NCBI GenBank assembly: GCA_903844845.1
Contig: CAIMVG010000021.1
Coordinates: 70,992-134,991 of the forward strand
DNA from: an uncultured Dehalococcoidia bacterium
GTDB lineage: Bacteria > Chloroflexota > Dehalococcoidia > Dehalococcoidales > UBA1222
Length of the DNA stretch: 64,000 nt
Direction of reading: 5' to 3'
Shown here: one piece after another, positions 27,439 through 34,510 of the stretch
Layout: each line of letters starts with the position of its first letter
Numbering within the stretch: position 1 is the stretch's first letter
Made by a program: the position numbers and the translations under genes
The notes under the pieces: generated by a model
The model's input: the letters and a program-made list of their open reading frames with translations, nothing else
Database searches by the model: none
Told to the model about the DNA's origin: nothing

Positions 27439-28473
27439 CTAATTTTTTCTGAACGACCTAAATCCGTCAAAGTAGAGGTATCGTTGTTTCGAAATATCAG
27501 GTTGACTGCATCTTATGTGGACCGGAGATTCCTTTTTGTTATCGAGGTCCATCCCGACGGTCTCCGGGAATGGCTCGGAACAGACCGCACACCTACTGCG
27601 TTGTTCCGCTTGGATATCGAATATTTTGTTGGAAATGGACCAAGGTTCATCTGAATCCACGTCAGCGGCTCCAGGTTCCGAAAACAGTAATTGAGTTACT
27701 TCATTGACCCACCATAAAGATTTATGAGTACCATTAAAAACACCCGAATATTTGGCTTTGCTAAATATTTCGGCGATTTTTTCGAAACCCACCTCATTAA
27801 CACCCAATAAAGTTGAGATTCGCAAACTGTCCGAGAGAATGCCTGGCACAACCATCAATTGTCTTCGGACCCATCGAGAAAATGAAATTGTATTCCCCTC
27901 GCCTTCAGAGTCGGTGTCGGGAGTTAACCCATTTCTTAAATTATCTGGTAAAGTTAAAGATATTAACTTTTCACAAGAGTCTGGTACGCGCAACAAATCA
28001 ATTAAAGCTTTCACGTCACCTCTCGGGGTGTCGGCTCTTATTGTTTTGTAATCCAATGCATCGTAATAAAGGGATTGTTCATTTTTTTGGTATCTCTGCA
28101 GTTCTTTAACAGTTAAAATTCTATCAAATACACTTTCGGTTGCTTGTGACCACTTCGAAAGGTCTGCGTATCCGTTTTTATTTTCTTGGTTTGTCACTAG
28201 ATAAATTGGGTGTTCCGGGAATTTTTCTCTTATTAAAGCCCCTGGAGTGAGCCCGTGATCTTGGAAAAAAACATTTTCGGAATTTGGTTTCTGATTCAGA
28301 TATAAATCAACCAAGAAAATGTCCGGGAGATCCGATCCCTTCATCGTCGTTAGAGATGATTTGAATCGAGTTGGATGTGTCCATACTATTCTCAACAGGT
28401 CTGAGCTTAAATTCTGGGATTCCTCAGTTTGGTCTTGATCATCAATCCAAAAAGCCAGTAATTTGGTGCTCAT
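27439..28473 (-). CDS. REC-like (response-regulator receiver) protein with a possible HTH and a C-terminal Cys/His cluster
   Basis: D11 D12 (FWIDDQD), D56 (FLVDLYL), T94 (YLVTNQ) and K107 (DLSKW) reproduce the spacing of the CheY D12/D13/D57/T87/K109 quintet. LRISTLLGVNEVGFEKIAE is HTH-like. CAVC....(x21)..HIRC lies near the C-terminus. Confidence 0.7.
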   Translation of the reverse strand: MSTKLLAFWIDDQDQTEESQNLSSDLLRIVWTHPTRFKSSLTTMKGSDLPDIFLVDLYLNQKPNSENVFFQDHGLTPGALIREKFPEHPIYLVTNQENKNGYADLSKWSQATESVFDRILTVKELQRYQKNEQSLYYDALDYKTIRADTPRGDVKALIDLLRVPDSCEKLISLTLPDNLRNGLTPDTDSEGEGNTISFSRWVRRQLMVVPGILSDSLRISTLLGVNEVGFEKIAEIFSKAKYSGVFNGTHKSLWWVNEVTQLLFSEPGAADVDSDEPWSISNKIFDIQAEQRSRCAVCSEPFPETVGMDLDNKKESPVHIRCSQPDISKQRYLYFDGFRSFRKN

Positions 28474-30743
28474 GGAAATAATACCTCAATGCATGTTTTC
28501 CAAGGGGTCTCTGGTTTTGTGAATCGTATTGAGCCATTATAGGATTCCACAGTTGTTTTAACTATGTTAAGGCCTATTCCGCTACCCCTACCGAGCGCAG
28601 CAAGGGAATCGTTTGCGACCCTCCGTTTTAATGAAGAATATAAATTTCCGGCAGGGTCTGCGTTAAGGGGTTTGAAAACTTCCTCCCAGTATTTTTCTTC
28701 CAGCCCAATTCCATCATCGCAAACCGCTAAAACCTTTTTTCCATTTTGCGAGTATACTTTGACATAAATATTACGGCCGTTACCCGAAAGGTTCGCTTTT
28801 ACCGCATTGGAAATCAAGTTCACGATTATGGAATATATTTCCACTTCAAGGATTGGGCCGATTTTAAAATCTTCAGGGATTTCGACGACTGGTTTGTTAA
28901 TTCCATACTCTTCGATCAAATATTGGAACCCCATCATCACTTCATCGACAATTGGTTTTAACAGTATTAGCTGCCTTTTTGTTTCGCCAGATGTTCTACT
29001 CAATGTTCCAAACAATTGAATCTGTTGGTCTAGCCTGTCACGGGTTTTTCGAAGAGATTGTGCAAATAATGAAAAATCGTGCTGATATATTTTGGGTACA
29101 TCGTTCAACATTCTATCTATCGTGTTGGCGTGAGTATCTAATCTGGCCATCAGGTTTTTAATTTCATGAGAAAAATTGAACATCAAAGAACCTGTAGAGG
29201 CGACAGCTTTTAATATCCCAAGGTAAATTTCTGATATTGAATAGGATTGCTTTACGAATTCGCTTGCTGCATTCAATCTAATTTCAGCTTTGCGTCGTTG
29301 TTCTTCAGGTAAAGTTTTAAGAGCTGTTTTAGCTTCATCAGAAATCAATGTTAACGCTTTTAGGGCTATTGGGGTCGTTTCTTCGGTTGGGGAAAAGCTG
29401 AAATTTGTCTTATCACCGAGCAATCCTTCCAATTCCTCGGCTTTTTTATACAATTCTCTTCTTCCTGTGACAAGCAAAAATTCATTGTAATGTAAAACCA
29501 TCCATTGAATAGAAAGTCGAAGAACCGTAACAAGATCTTCGAATGATGAGTCCTCAATAAACCCTTCCCTATCGAGTTTGACCTGCAAGGGCATCGATGG
29601 ACCAGAATTTATCACAACATTCCCGTAAAGTTGTTGGTTTCGCGGGGAATTGAGCATTGCCCTCAGCGGGTCTACCCCCAATTTAGAAGCTATTTCGCTC
29701 AACCTGTCATCTGTTCGCCCTTTGCGCCTCGCGACGTCTGCATCGATGCGTAACCAATCGTTTCCTGCATCTCCATAAGGGTACACTCGGAATCCATCGA
29801 GATAAACTCGAACTCCACCTTGTTCTGTAAGAAGATCCAAGATACCTGTTTTTGTGATAATTCTAGTGTCTCTTAACAGGCTCTTTTGCATTGGAAGCCA
29901 GGCAATTTCAAAGGTTATTCCTTTTAAGTTTTCGAACGCTTCATCCAGTCCAAATTCTTTTAACCCGATTTCCTTTGCTTCGAGCTTCAAATTACAGATG
30001 CCTTGATTATTTATTTCTCCTTCAAGTTTCCCCCAACCTGCGTCTAATAATTGCCTTGATAAAATTCCCTCACCACTGGGAAATTCCGGGGCCTCCAGTT
30101 TTATTTCGAACCCCGGGTCTTCCTCAAAACCTTCTCTTCTCACGCCTTTAACGATGGAAAGTCCTAAAACGTGTCTTCTGAGAAGGTTGAAATCGCTGTC
30201 AGTCCAACGCTCCACAAGGTTGGTCAAAATCAAACTTAACCCAGTTTTCCCGTTTATTAACAAGTCTCGTGTATAGACACATGGTATTTGGGTTAGAGTG
30301 GTGCCCGGTTTGAAATCCCCCCAATTGAAAGTTACCTTTGTCTTTTCTAAACCTCTTTTTTCGGACGTCGTTCCAACTGTCTCCATCACCAGCTTTTTTG
30401 CCAGCCTGCGACAGGCGAATCGCCCTACACCCTTGTTACCGGTTTTACGTCTCCCGTATTTTGGTGATACGGGCGCGCGAACTTTTGAAGTCGTTGCTAT
30501 CCTCATCCAATAGTCACTTACCTCTTGGAAAGACATACCGTGCCCATTGTCTGAGATGTGAATTTCGCCTTGGTTAGGGCCTTTTTTTGCCTTGATAAAC
30601 TTGATGACAATTTCCGTTGCATCAGCGTCATAAGCGTTTTTGATGAGTTCTGCCAACGCAACATAGTTCCTGGTGACCAATCGCTCACCAAGTTCGCCTA
30701 ATAATTGGCTGTCAACGCTAAATGATAATTCAGTCTTAGGCAT
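28470..30743 (-). CDS. Dual Bergerat-fold protein: N-terminal MORC/MutL/Hsp90-like GHKL ATPase plus C-terminal histidine kinase (H-box plus HATPase_c)
   Basis: N-terminal module: ELIKNAYDADA (N box), ISDNGHGMS (G1), GNKGVGRFA (G2). C-terminal module: FSHEIKNLMARL (H box), IVNLISNAVKA (N), CDDGIGL (G1), GRGSGIGLNIV (G2). Start taken at the ATG at 30743 (MPKTEL). The track start at 30812 would add a hydrophobic 23-aa extension. Confidence 0.8.
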   Translation of the reverse strand: MPKTELSFSVDSQLLGELGERLVTRNYVALAELIKNAYDADATEIVIKFIKAKKGPNQGEIHISDNGHGMSFQEVSDYWMRIATTSKVRAPVSPKYGRRKTGNKGVGRFACRRLAKKLVMETVGTTSEKRGLEKTKVTFNWGDFKPGTTLTQIPCVYTRDLLINGKTGLSLILTNLVERWTDSDFNLLRRHVLGLSIVKGVRREGFEEDPGFEIKLEAPEFPSGEGILSRQLLDAGWGKLEGEINNQGICNLKLEAKEIGLKEFGLDEAFENLKGITFEIAWLPMQKSLLRDTRIITKTGILDLLTEQGGVRVYLDGFRVYPYGDAGNDWLRIDADVARRKGRTDDRLSEIASKLGVDPLRAMLNSPRNQQLYGNVVINSGPSMPLQVKLDREGFIEDSSFEDLVTVLRLSIQWMVLHYNEFLLVTGRRELYKKAEELEGLLGDKTNFSFSPTEETTPIALKALTLISDEAKTALKTLPEEQRRKAEIRLNAASEFVKQSYSISEIYLGILKAVASTGSLMFNFSHEIKNLMARLDTHANTIDRMLNDVPKIYQHDFSLFAQSLRKTRDRLDQQIQLFGTLSRTSGETKRQLILLKPIVDEVMMGFQYLIEEYGINKPVVEIPEDFKIGPILEVEIYSIIVNLISNAVKANLSGNGRNIYVKVYSQNGKKVLAVCDDGIGLEEKYWEEVFKPLNADPAGNLYSSLKRRVANDSLAALGRGSGIGLNIVKTTVESYNGSIRFTKPETPWKTCIEVLFP

Positions 30744-31023
30744 GGAAAAAGCTCTCCCAGCAAAGATAACAAGTCTGAGAATGAATATATTCCAAATTGG
30801 GGTTGCTTTCAAGCATGTTGTTTTTAGGGACTAAAATCTAAAAGAAGAATTGGAATAACGATGTTTGATTTTCACAAATCGTACTTTTTGGTACATTATT
30901 AAACATCGCGAGTCTAGCGGTGTAGTTTATTGAATAGAAATTCTGACGGTTAAAGACTTTAGTTGGGTCGCTCAAATGCAGGATTTCGTCTCGTTGTAAA
31001 ATCCTTACAGGAGGGAAATACAA

Positions 31024-31515
31024 ATGCAAAGGATAACCCCGAATCTGTGGTTCGATAACCGGGCAGAAGAAGCTGCCAATTTCTACGTCTCCATCTTCCC
31101 CAATTCCAAAATCAACGGGATCTCTCATTACGGGGAAGGAAACGCGAAGGTGTCGGGTATGAAAAAGGGCACCGTGATGACCGTCACTTTCGAACTCGAC
31201 GGCCAGCAGATGATGGCCCTCAACGGCGGCCCGGTTTTCAAGTTCAACGAAGCCGTCTCCCTGGTCGTCAATTGCATGACCCAGGACGAGATCGACCATT
31301 ACTGGGATTCCCTGTCGCAGGACGGCGACCCGAAAGCGCAGATATGCGGATGGCTGAAGGACAAATATGGAGTGTCCTGGCAGGTGGTCCCCGTCGCTCT
31401 TGGCGAGATGATGCAGGATGAAGACGCTAAGAAAACGGATAGGGTCATGGCTGCTTTGTTGAAGATGAAAAAAATCGATATCGCCACCCTGAAGAAAGCC
31501 TATCTCGGGAAGTGA
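31024..31515 (+). CDS. VOC family protein (PhnB / 3-demethylubiquinone-9 3-methyltransferase-domain type)
   Basis: MQ.ITP.LWFD..AEEA..FY.SIF.NS.I............G.V.TV.F.L.GQ....LNGGP.F.F.EA.S....C..Q.E.D..W..L...G....CGWLKDK.G.SWQ..P. Confidence 0.82.
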   Translation: MQRITPNLWFDNRAEEAANFYVSIFPNSKINGISHYGEGNAKVSGMKKGTVMTVTFELDGQQMMALNGGPVFKFNEAVSLVVNCMTQDEIDHYWDSLSQDGDPKAQICGWLKDKYGVSWQVVPVALGEMMQDEDAKKTDRVMAALLKMKKIDIATLKKAYLGK

Positions 31516-31537
31516 CGGGTTACTCCATCCCCTAAAT

Positions 31538-31577
31538 AATAGAGCCCCCGAATCAAAATTCGGGGGCTCTATTATTT
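31538..31577 (+). terminator. Long perfect hairpin downstream of the VOC gene
   Basis: AATAGAGCCCCCGAAT-caaa-ATTCGGGGGCTCTATT is a 16-bp perfect stem followed by ATTTG. Confidence 0.65.
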
Positions 31578-31649
31578 GCGACGGATGAATTCAACCCCTT
31601 AAAATGGTATCATTTTCATCCATAACCATTGACTTAAAAGGAAACGATA

Positions 31650-32615
31650 ATGGCAGAACCCAAAGGGCAAGGTGAATCGAAAATAGCCGTCATCGCGGCG
31701 GTTGTAGGCAATCTCTCGATCGCTGTCATCAAGTTTGTCGCCGCGGCCATCACGGGATCCTCGGCCATGCTTTCTGAGGGCATCCACTCCCTGGTCGATA
31801 CGGGCGACGGCGGCCTGCTCCTGTTGGGCATGAAAGAAGCCCGGAAGCCCCCCGACGAACTTCACCCGTTCGGCTACGGCAAGGCGCTATATTTCTGGAC
31901 GCTGGTCGTTTCGGTTTCTATCTTCGGCATCGGCGGCGGCGTTTCGTTATACGAGGGCATCTCCCATATCATGCATGTGACGCCTGAGGCTTTGAATGCC
32001 AACCCCCTTGTGAGCTATATCGTCCTGGTACTGGCGGTTTTTATCGAGGGCACGTCGTTCGCCGTGGCGTTCAAGCAGTTCAACCTTGCCCGGGGAAAAC
32101 TGGGGATTTGGACTTACATAACAACCACTAAGGACCCCAGCACTTATACCATCGTGTTCGAAGACAGCGCCGCGCTGGTCGGCCTCACCTTCGCGTTCAT
32201 AGGCATATTCTTCGGCCACCTGCTGAAAAACCCTTACCTCGACGGAGTGGCTTCCGTTCTTATCGGCTTGTTGCTTATGAGCGTGGCCTTCATTCTGGCC
32301 TTCCAGACGAAAGGTCTGCTGCTCGGTGAGGGCGCCGACCCTGCCATAGTAGCCGATATCCGCAAGCGAGTGGAGTCCGACCCCGCCGTCAATAAGGCCG
32401 CCGAGATCCTCACGATGTACATGGGGCCGTATGAACTCCTGGTGAACCTGGGAGTCACTTTCGAGGACAAAGTGACCCCCGAAGAGATGCATGAGTCCAT
32501 CCACCGCATCGAGGACGATATCGAAGAAGCCTATCCCGAAATCACCAGGGTTTACATCGAAACCGAATGGACCCCCGGGAAAACGCGGAAGACGCCGCGG
32601 CGCCACGTTCACTGA
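31650..32615 (+). CDS. Cation diffusion facilitator (CDF) family transporter
   Basis: S.A.L.EG.HSL.DT motif, six TM helices, C-terminal cytoplasmic domain, 321 aa. Confidence 0.88.
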   Translation: MAEPKGQGESKIAVIAAVVGNLSIAVIKFVAAAITGSSAMLSEGIHSLVDTGDGGLLLLGMKEARKPPDELHPFGYGKALYFWTLVVSVSIFGIGGGVSLYEGISHIMHVTPEALNANPLVSYIVLVLAVFIEGTSFAVAFKQFNLARGKLGIWTYITTTKDPSTYTIVFEDSAALVGLTFAFIGIFFGHLLKNPYLDGVASVLIGLLLMSVAFILAFQTKGLLLGEGADPAIVADIRKRVESDPAVNKAAEILTMYMGPYELLVNLGVTFEDKVTPEEMHESIHRIEDDIEEAYPEITRVYIETEWTPGKTRKTPRRHVH

Positions 32616-32669
32616 AGATACTTGAAGGGAAGCTGCCTGTCCGTTTCGGCTCAGGCTGGAGACTGACGT

Positions 32670-32840
32670 CTAGGAAACCTGCGACTCTGGAGCCGGGACG
32701 GCTTGTCCTGTGGAAAAAGTAGTTTCGAACCAATCAACGATGATTTTTTTTGAATTATTAAAAGGTGGATCCCCGGCCATAAAAGCCATAAAACATATCA
32801 AAATTGTACAAATGACGGCGGTAAGTAAGAATTTATTCAT
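32670..32840 (-). CDS. Candidate small secreted or membrane protein (56 aa), not in the ORF track
   Basis: ATG at 32840 is preceded by AGGAG 7 nt upstream. It translates to MNKFLLTAVICTILICFMAFMAGDPPFNNSKKIIVDWFETTFSTGQAVPAPESQVS with stop TAG at 32670-32672. The segment is locally AT-rich. Confidence 0.35.
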   Translation of the reverse strand: MNKFLLTAVICTILICFMAFMAGDPPFNNSKKIIVDWFETTFSTGQAVPAPESQVS

Positions 32841-32974
32841 TTGATTCTCCTACTTATCAACCCGGTTTAGATGCAAAGATAATTTCAGGATCCGGTTCAT
32901 GGCGACAGGATACGCCGCGGATTGGGCATAAACAAGGTTTTTACAGTACGATTTCCGAGGAACTTTTGTACCGT

Positions 32975-33350
32975 GGCCGGACCCAAGGCCCGGGATGACA
33001 CCCCCCATTGTTGTCATCATCTGACTTGCCTGTAACCGGGTGTCAGGAGGGTGATTCGACAATCCATCGTTTTAAGGGCGAAGTTACTGTATAGTTGCGC
33101 ACTAACGGAGGGGAATGGTACGAGAATACCTGGCCGCCTACGGATTCTGGATCCCGGGTCACGGCCCGGGATGACCACCCCCATCGTTGTCATTGTCGGA
33201 CTTGCTCCGACAATCCAGGCGTAAGCCCAGGGTTCGAGGCCCGGGTCTACCGCCCGAGGATGCCCACCCCCATCGGTGTCATTGTCGGACTTGTTCCGAC
33301 AATCCAGATGTAATCACCGGGTTTGATGCCCGGGCGCGGCCAGGGATGCT
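32975..33350. repeat. Hairpin-repeat cluster including an 89-bp-period alternating array (A-B-A-B-A)
   Basis: CACCCCCATCG(T/G)TGTCAT|TGTCGGACTTG(C/T)TCCGACA|ATCCAG occurs at 33176 and 33265. It is interleaved with CCCGGG-type hairpins ending in GGATG at 33148-33175, 33229-33264 and 33315-33350. A degenerate copy lies at 32975-33065. Confidence 0.85.
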
Positions 33351-33367
33351 AGCAGGCGCCGGGCCGT

Positions 33368-33865
33368 TTATTGTCCCGATATACTGTCCGCGAATGCCGC
33401 TACCTTTTTCTTCCAGCCTTCTTCCAGCGGCCCCTTTATGCCTATGACATGAACTTTTCCCTCAGCCACTTTGGACAGGCCTTTTCCCTGGAGGATCGAG
33501 TTCATCCTAGCGATCACGCGTTGCCTCTTGCTCAATTCTTCATCGGTAGGCACCTTGCCTGTTTTCTTGTCGGGGGCGGGGGCCGATTCCGTAGTGAATA
33601 TCGCGTATTTCGTTCCCTCCGGCAGGTCAAGTTCCTCCAGGAAACTGGTGACGCTTGATGTCGGGCTGCCCAGGCGGGCTGGAGAACTGAATACATACAG
33701 GTCGGCCGGGGGGAGCTGTTTCGCATCGGAGTCTTTCACCGCGTGGATGTTCACCGAGGCCCCTTTAGCCGCCATCTGGTGTTTGAATTCTTCCGCAACG
33801 GCTGCCCCGTTGCCGTATTTGGAGTCATGGTAGTATTCAATCTTCACGGATAAGCTCCTTGTCAT
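33368..33865 (-). CDS. Flavodoxin-like fold protein
   Basis: 165 aa. The N-terminal beta-strand plus GNG loop (YYHDSKYGNGAAVAEEF), LYVFSSP and AIFTT strand pattern are consistent with a flavodoxin family protein. Confidence 0.6.
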   Translation of the reverse strand: MTRSLSVKIEYYHDSKYGNGAAVAEEFKHQMAAKGASVNIHAVKDSDAKQLPPADLYVFSSPARLGSPTSSVTSFLEELDLPEGTKYAIFTTESAPAPDKKTGKVPTDEELSKRQRVIARMNSILQGKGLSKVAEGKVHVIGIKGPLEEGWKKKVAAFADSISGQ

Positions 33866-34032
33866 TTTCCCGATATCTTACACCCTGAAAACGCAGTTTT
33901 CATTATGCGAGGGCCGATAGGGGATACCCGCACGGCCTTTTTATGATTGCCCGGGGGAGCGACCTGTTCAATCACAAGATAGAGGAGTTCTTCGGGGGGG
34001 ATAACGCGGGCACCCGTTGATCGCCTGAAATC

Positions 34033-34062
34033 AAAAACCCTCCGAAAATCCGGGGGTTTTTT
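34033..34062 (-). terminator. Intrinsic terminator downstream of the two-component operon
   Basis: The minus strand reads AAAAAACCCCCGGATTTTCGGAGGGTTTTTGATTT, a stem followed by a U-tract, 68 nt after the REC gene stop. Confidence 0.65.
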
Positions 34063-34129
34063 GACGCGCATCCCAGCCGTGCCCGGCCTGGCTCAAGTTC
34101 AGTCTTGGGCCATCATTTCTTGTCTGAAA

Positions 34130-34510
34130 TCAAGCGTGCGTTAATACCGGGCCTGCGCATTGGGCGATTTTGTCCAGAAGCTCCCTGAGATTGAACGGCT
34201 TGGTGACATAATCGGCGGCGCCCACGTTCTTGGCAAATTGTTTGTTCAGCTGGAAACCCACCGCCGTCAACATGATGATAGGTATCCCGGCAGTCTTCGG
34301 GTTGGATTTCAGGCTGGATGCTACCGCGTAACCGTCCATCTCGGGCATCATGATATCCAGCAGGATGACATCCGTTTTTTGGCGGGCGGCTATGTCCAGC
34401 CCGTCTTTGCCGTTTGACGCTGAAAGCACGTTGTAGCCGTAAGCAGTAGCCATGTCCCGTACGAGTTTGACGGCCATCGGGTCATCATCGATAACAAGCA
34501 GGTTCTTCAC
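34130..34510 (-). CDS. Single-domain response regulator (REC only)
   Basis: LLVIDDDP ... DVILLDIMMPEMDG ... PIIMLTA ... K receiver signature, 126 aa. Confidence 0.9.
   Translation of the reverse strand: MKNLLVIDDDPMAVKLVRDMATAYGYNVLSASNGKDGLDIAARQKTDVILLDIMMPEMDGYAVASSLKSNPKTAGIPIIMLTAVGFQLNKQFAKNVGAADYVTKPFNLRELLDKIAQCAGPVLTHA

Larger units (their letters stand above)
24967..31020 (-). other. AT-rich, presumably horizontally acquired island carrying a four-gene operon (no mobility genes seen)
   Basis: Hand counts of sample 60-nt lines give 28%, 35% and 47% GC inside versus 60% and 62% in the flanking eamA and VOC genes. The composition change coincides with the gene boundaries at 24966 and 31024. 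Confidence 0.8.

Noticed and set aside
24967-31020. Island as a prophage, IS, transposon or integrative element
   Set aside because: No integrase, transposase, recombinase, terminal inverted repeats or flanking direct repeats were visible by eye. It is therefore called only a compositionally foreign island, not a mobile element.
30838-31299. 153-aa minus-strand ORF at the right island border
   Set aside because: It overlaps the well-supported VOC gene on the opposite strand and extends into the AT-rich promoter region. No motifs; likely spurious.
33148-33350. Possible CRISPR array
   Set aside because: There are only 2-3 units. The would-be spacers are themselves conserved hairpin repeats found elsewhere in the window. 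No cas genes are present, and the period and structure do not fit CRISPR.
33095-33447. Track ORFs 33095..33313 and 33187..33447 with repeated HPHRCHCRTCSDNP peptides
   Set aside because: They are read-through of the 89-bp hairpin array. The internal peptide repeat simply mirrors the DNA repeat, and the second ORF also overlaps the flavodoxin gene end.
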